DNA of 63,363 nucleotides, counting the filler, from Peribolospora baueri (taxonomy: Eukaryota): assembly GCA_029717555.1 (NCBI GenBank). It is 17 parts of 17 records of this genome, joined end to end, with 100 filler letters (N's around TTAATTAATTAA, not from the genome) between each part and the next. Parts side by side here need not be neighbours in the genome. Positions count along the whole stretch, not along the records: positions 60,516 to 63,363 come from JAMDHS010000220.1; 16 more parts are not named here. One strand, 5' to 3'. This document shows, piece by piece, positions 60,640-63,363 of the stretch. The notes under the pieces are model-generated. The model did not search any database and was not told where the DNA came from. It was given only the letters and a program-made list of their open reading frames with translations. Numbering within the stretch: the stretch's first letter is position 1; each line of letters opens with the position of its first letter. The position numbers and the translations under genes were made by a program.

Positions 60640-61949
60640 GCTGCTGACCTTCCACGTCCGCCCGCAACTCGCGCTCCTCTCTTATTCGCTTGGCTTTGTC
60701 CATGCTCGTGCTCGACCCCTGGAGGGAACGCGGCGACAGCGTAAGAAACCGCTCGAGCGTTCGTTCGCCTCCAGCCTCGCCGACCGGCGCCTCACGCAGT
60801 GCTCTCACCATGCCCAGCTCCTTCAAAATGTCCTTGACCTTGCGTATCTGCATCTGTTTGTCGTCCTCGAAGCCGTGGAACTCGCGCACCCACATCTTAC
60901 GAACGCCACACGCGGTGACGAGCGACTTGAGTTGCTTGAGCCGCTCGTCCTCCGGGGAGAGCTGTTCCGTGCAGGCGGGAAGGGAGGACCAGGAAAAAAA
61001 AGTTCAAGTTTAGCAAAATTGCTATGTACAGCGATGAAAAAGCTCGAACGGGCGGACAAATGCTCAACGGGAGCATGCAAAGGCTCGCAGACGAACCTCT
61101 TCCTTCGCCTTCCTCGTTCTCTTCCCCTTCTGTTGCTTGCCTGTATTCGCCTCCTTCACCGACTCGCCCTTCTTGCGTCGTTTCCGCTTCGGCTCAGGGT
61201 CGTCGTAGACGATTGAAGATGCGTCTGATTCCGCATCCTGTGGCAGAGACGAGCAGCAAATTGAAAACGGCCTGCCTGTTGGCGCCAGGCTCCATCTACG
61301 CGAGGGTGCCTTGTAGATCTCACCTCCTCTGCGTCTTCACCCTCCTTGGTCGAGGCTCCACCCTCGTCGATCCCCTTTCCGTCTTTCTCAGAAGAAGGCG
61401 TCGCCTTCGCCTTGCCCTTGCCCTTGCCTTCGCTGGCTCCGTCTTTCTCCTTGCCGGCCTTGCGCCTCTCGTCCGGTAGCGACGGCGTCGCCATCGCCTC
61501 GACCTCGTTGTCTTCCTTTTCCTAAAGCATAAAAGCATGAAATGGTTACCGGAATCGCTGTCAGCCGCACGAGCCTCTCCCGACGTAGGACTGCAGTGGG
61601 CCGCACGTGTGGAATCGCGACGTGAATTACTTACGAGCTCCTCCTCGATCGCCTGCTTGATCAGCCCTTTCTTCTCATCCAACGCACCTCTCTCGAGCTC
61701 GAACGTTTCCTCCAGCTGGCGGCGGGCCTTCTTTTGGGTTAGTTCCCTGCGGACGTAGAGCATGAGAGAAGGGTTCGGGAAGGAGGAGGAGGGGGGAGGA
61801 CGAGTGAGCACGCCGATGGGAGCCGAGTGCTCGTTGGCAAGCAGCGGAAAAGACTTGCTTGTCACGCACTCCAAGGTGCCTTCCCGCCCGGCCACCTGCA
61901 CCAAGGCGGCCGCTGCCTCCGTCAGCTCGTCGTCGTTTGGGAATGCCAT
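60640..61949 (-). CDS. HIRIP3-like / DEK-C-type chromatin protein, multi-exon, 3' truncated
   Basis: ELTQKKARRQLEETFEL..LIKQAIEE; RLKQLKSLVTACGVRKMW..KDILKELGM..SMDKAKRIREEREL. Confidence 0.65.
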
Positions 61950-62124
61950 GCAAAGCTGGAAGACGCGGGATGGCCGAGCGCGAAGCCAAGGTGGTTGCTT
62001 GTGCGCGTCCACCGAGACGCGATCGCGGCGCGTCTTTGCTCGCCTCCACCACTTCGATCGACGCATATACATACACACGACGGAGCGAGAGACCGACACG
62101 CATGGATATGGCTCCCGAGCAGCC

Positions 62125-63220
62125 ATGTCCCAGCTCATTGTGCCAGACCACTTTGGCATCGTAGAGGACGGCATCTACCGCTCCGAATGCTTTTCGCCCA
62201 TCCACTTCCCCTTCCTGCGCACCCTGCGCTTGCGCACCATCATCAGCCTCACGCCGGAGATGCCCACCAAACAGCTCCTCCACTTCTTCGAGGAGACCAA
62301 GATCCGATTCGTCAGTCACCCTTGCCGTTTTCTGCCATTTTCCCTGCTTCGCTCTCTCCCCTTTCTTGCGTGCGGCTCCAGTGGGCTACTTGCCATTCAA
62401 AGGTTCGAGCGACTGACGAAATGACTGTTCGTGCCTGCCTGCCTGCCTGTCTACCTGCTTGCCTGCCCGCTTGCCTGCCACACAGCTTCATCTCGGACTC
62501 AAGTCGTGGCGGCCTAGCTCCGGCTGGCGGCCGATGAGCGAGGAGCTGATCAAGGACGGCATGGAGATCCTGCTCGATGCTACGTATCACCCGCTGATGA
62601 TCATGGACTCGTGAGTTGTCAAGCAAAATAGGGCCAGCTGGCCCAGCGACCGGCCGACCGACAGACCGGCCGAAAGCTGTCCGTCCGTCGTCTGACAAGC
62701 ACCTCACTTTCTTTCCCGCCCCGATCGCACAGTTCCGGCGTTCACGAGACGGGCATATTCGTCGGCTGCCTGCGCAAACTGCAAAGATGGAACTTTAGCT
62801 CCATCCTCGTCGAGGTGAGCGTGCGAGCGGAGTCGCAGCGCCCTCCTTGGCGTCCACACCTTCCATCGTCATGCCCCCCTCCTTCTCCTCCTCCCAGTAT
62901 CGCAGCTTTGCAGGCAGTCGAGCGCGCTATATCAACGAGCAATTCATCGAGGTGAGGGCGCGCCGTCCCGTCTCACTTCGAAACTGGCGCTGCACGGGGG
63001 ACGCTCAGCAAACACCGCTGGAAACAAAAAAAAAACCCTTTGTTCCCCCCCTCCCCGGTAGCTCTTTGATGTGGACCTCATATCATTGCCACGCACGCTT
63101 CCTAGCTGGTTCTCCGAGCAGCTCGAGCTGGACGACAAGGAACTCGAGGCGAGGGAAGCCGAGGCGGGCGACGATGGCGATGGCGATGACGACGGCAACA
63201 ACGACGACAACGAAGGTTGA
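62125..63220 (+). CDS. Siw14/Oca-family phosphatase-like protein, probably catalytically inactive
   Basis: PDHFGIVEDGIYRS; HPLMIMDS/SGVHETG in place of CxxGxHRTG; GCLRKLQRWNFSSILVEYRSFAG..NEQFIELFD; 5 exons. Confidence 0.85.
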
Positions 63221-63363
63221 CGGGCGTCGACGGAGGTCAGACAGGACACCTCTCATTGCAGTGGCACTCGTAACCCGGCGATTCGAATATGTCGAAGACG
63301 GTGGCGAGGTAAAAAAAAAAAAACCATTACCGTATGGTTTTTGTCAGGATTTTGCCTCTCATC

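Overview
This window is not one contiguous locus. It holds 17 short fungal (basidiomycete-like, intron-rich) contigs in descending length order, joined by artificial 100-nt linkers (N44-TTAATTAATTAA-N44). Ordinary content: eEF1B-gamma, 18S rRNA, urease, an ABCB/MDR transporter, a Gpr1/Fun34 transporter, an NmrA-like protein, an Oca/Siw14-family phosphatase and a HIRIP3-like gene. Much of the rest is dynamic subtelomeric or immune-related DNA. (1) A gasdermin-like gene sits head-to-head with a TPR array of the TPR-CHAT (caspase-like protease) family, next to an NLR-type WD40 gene and a 'Swiss-army-knife' RNA-repair gene; the locus appears in at least three rearranged versions. (2) A non-LTR retrotransposon ends in the telomeric C-strand repeat in every copy and forms head-to-tail 5'-truncated stacks. 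(3) A secreted-protein family has a near-invariant promoter, signal peptide and propeptide but a divergent mature domain, and its ORFs end at or within TTAGGG repeats. (4) There are three (TTAGGG)n telomeres, one of which cuts a NACHT gene. Two 3-kb pure C/T contigs are probably artefacts. All family assignments come from motifs recognised by eye; no searches were run.
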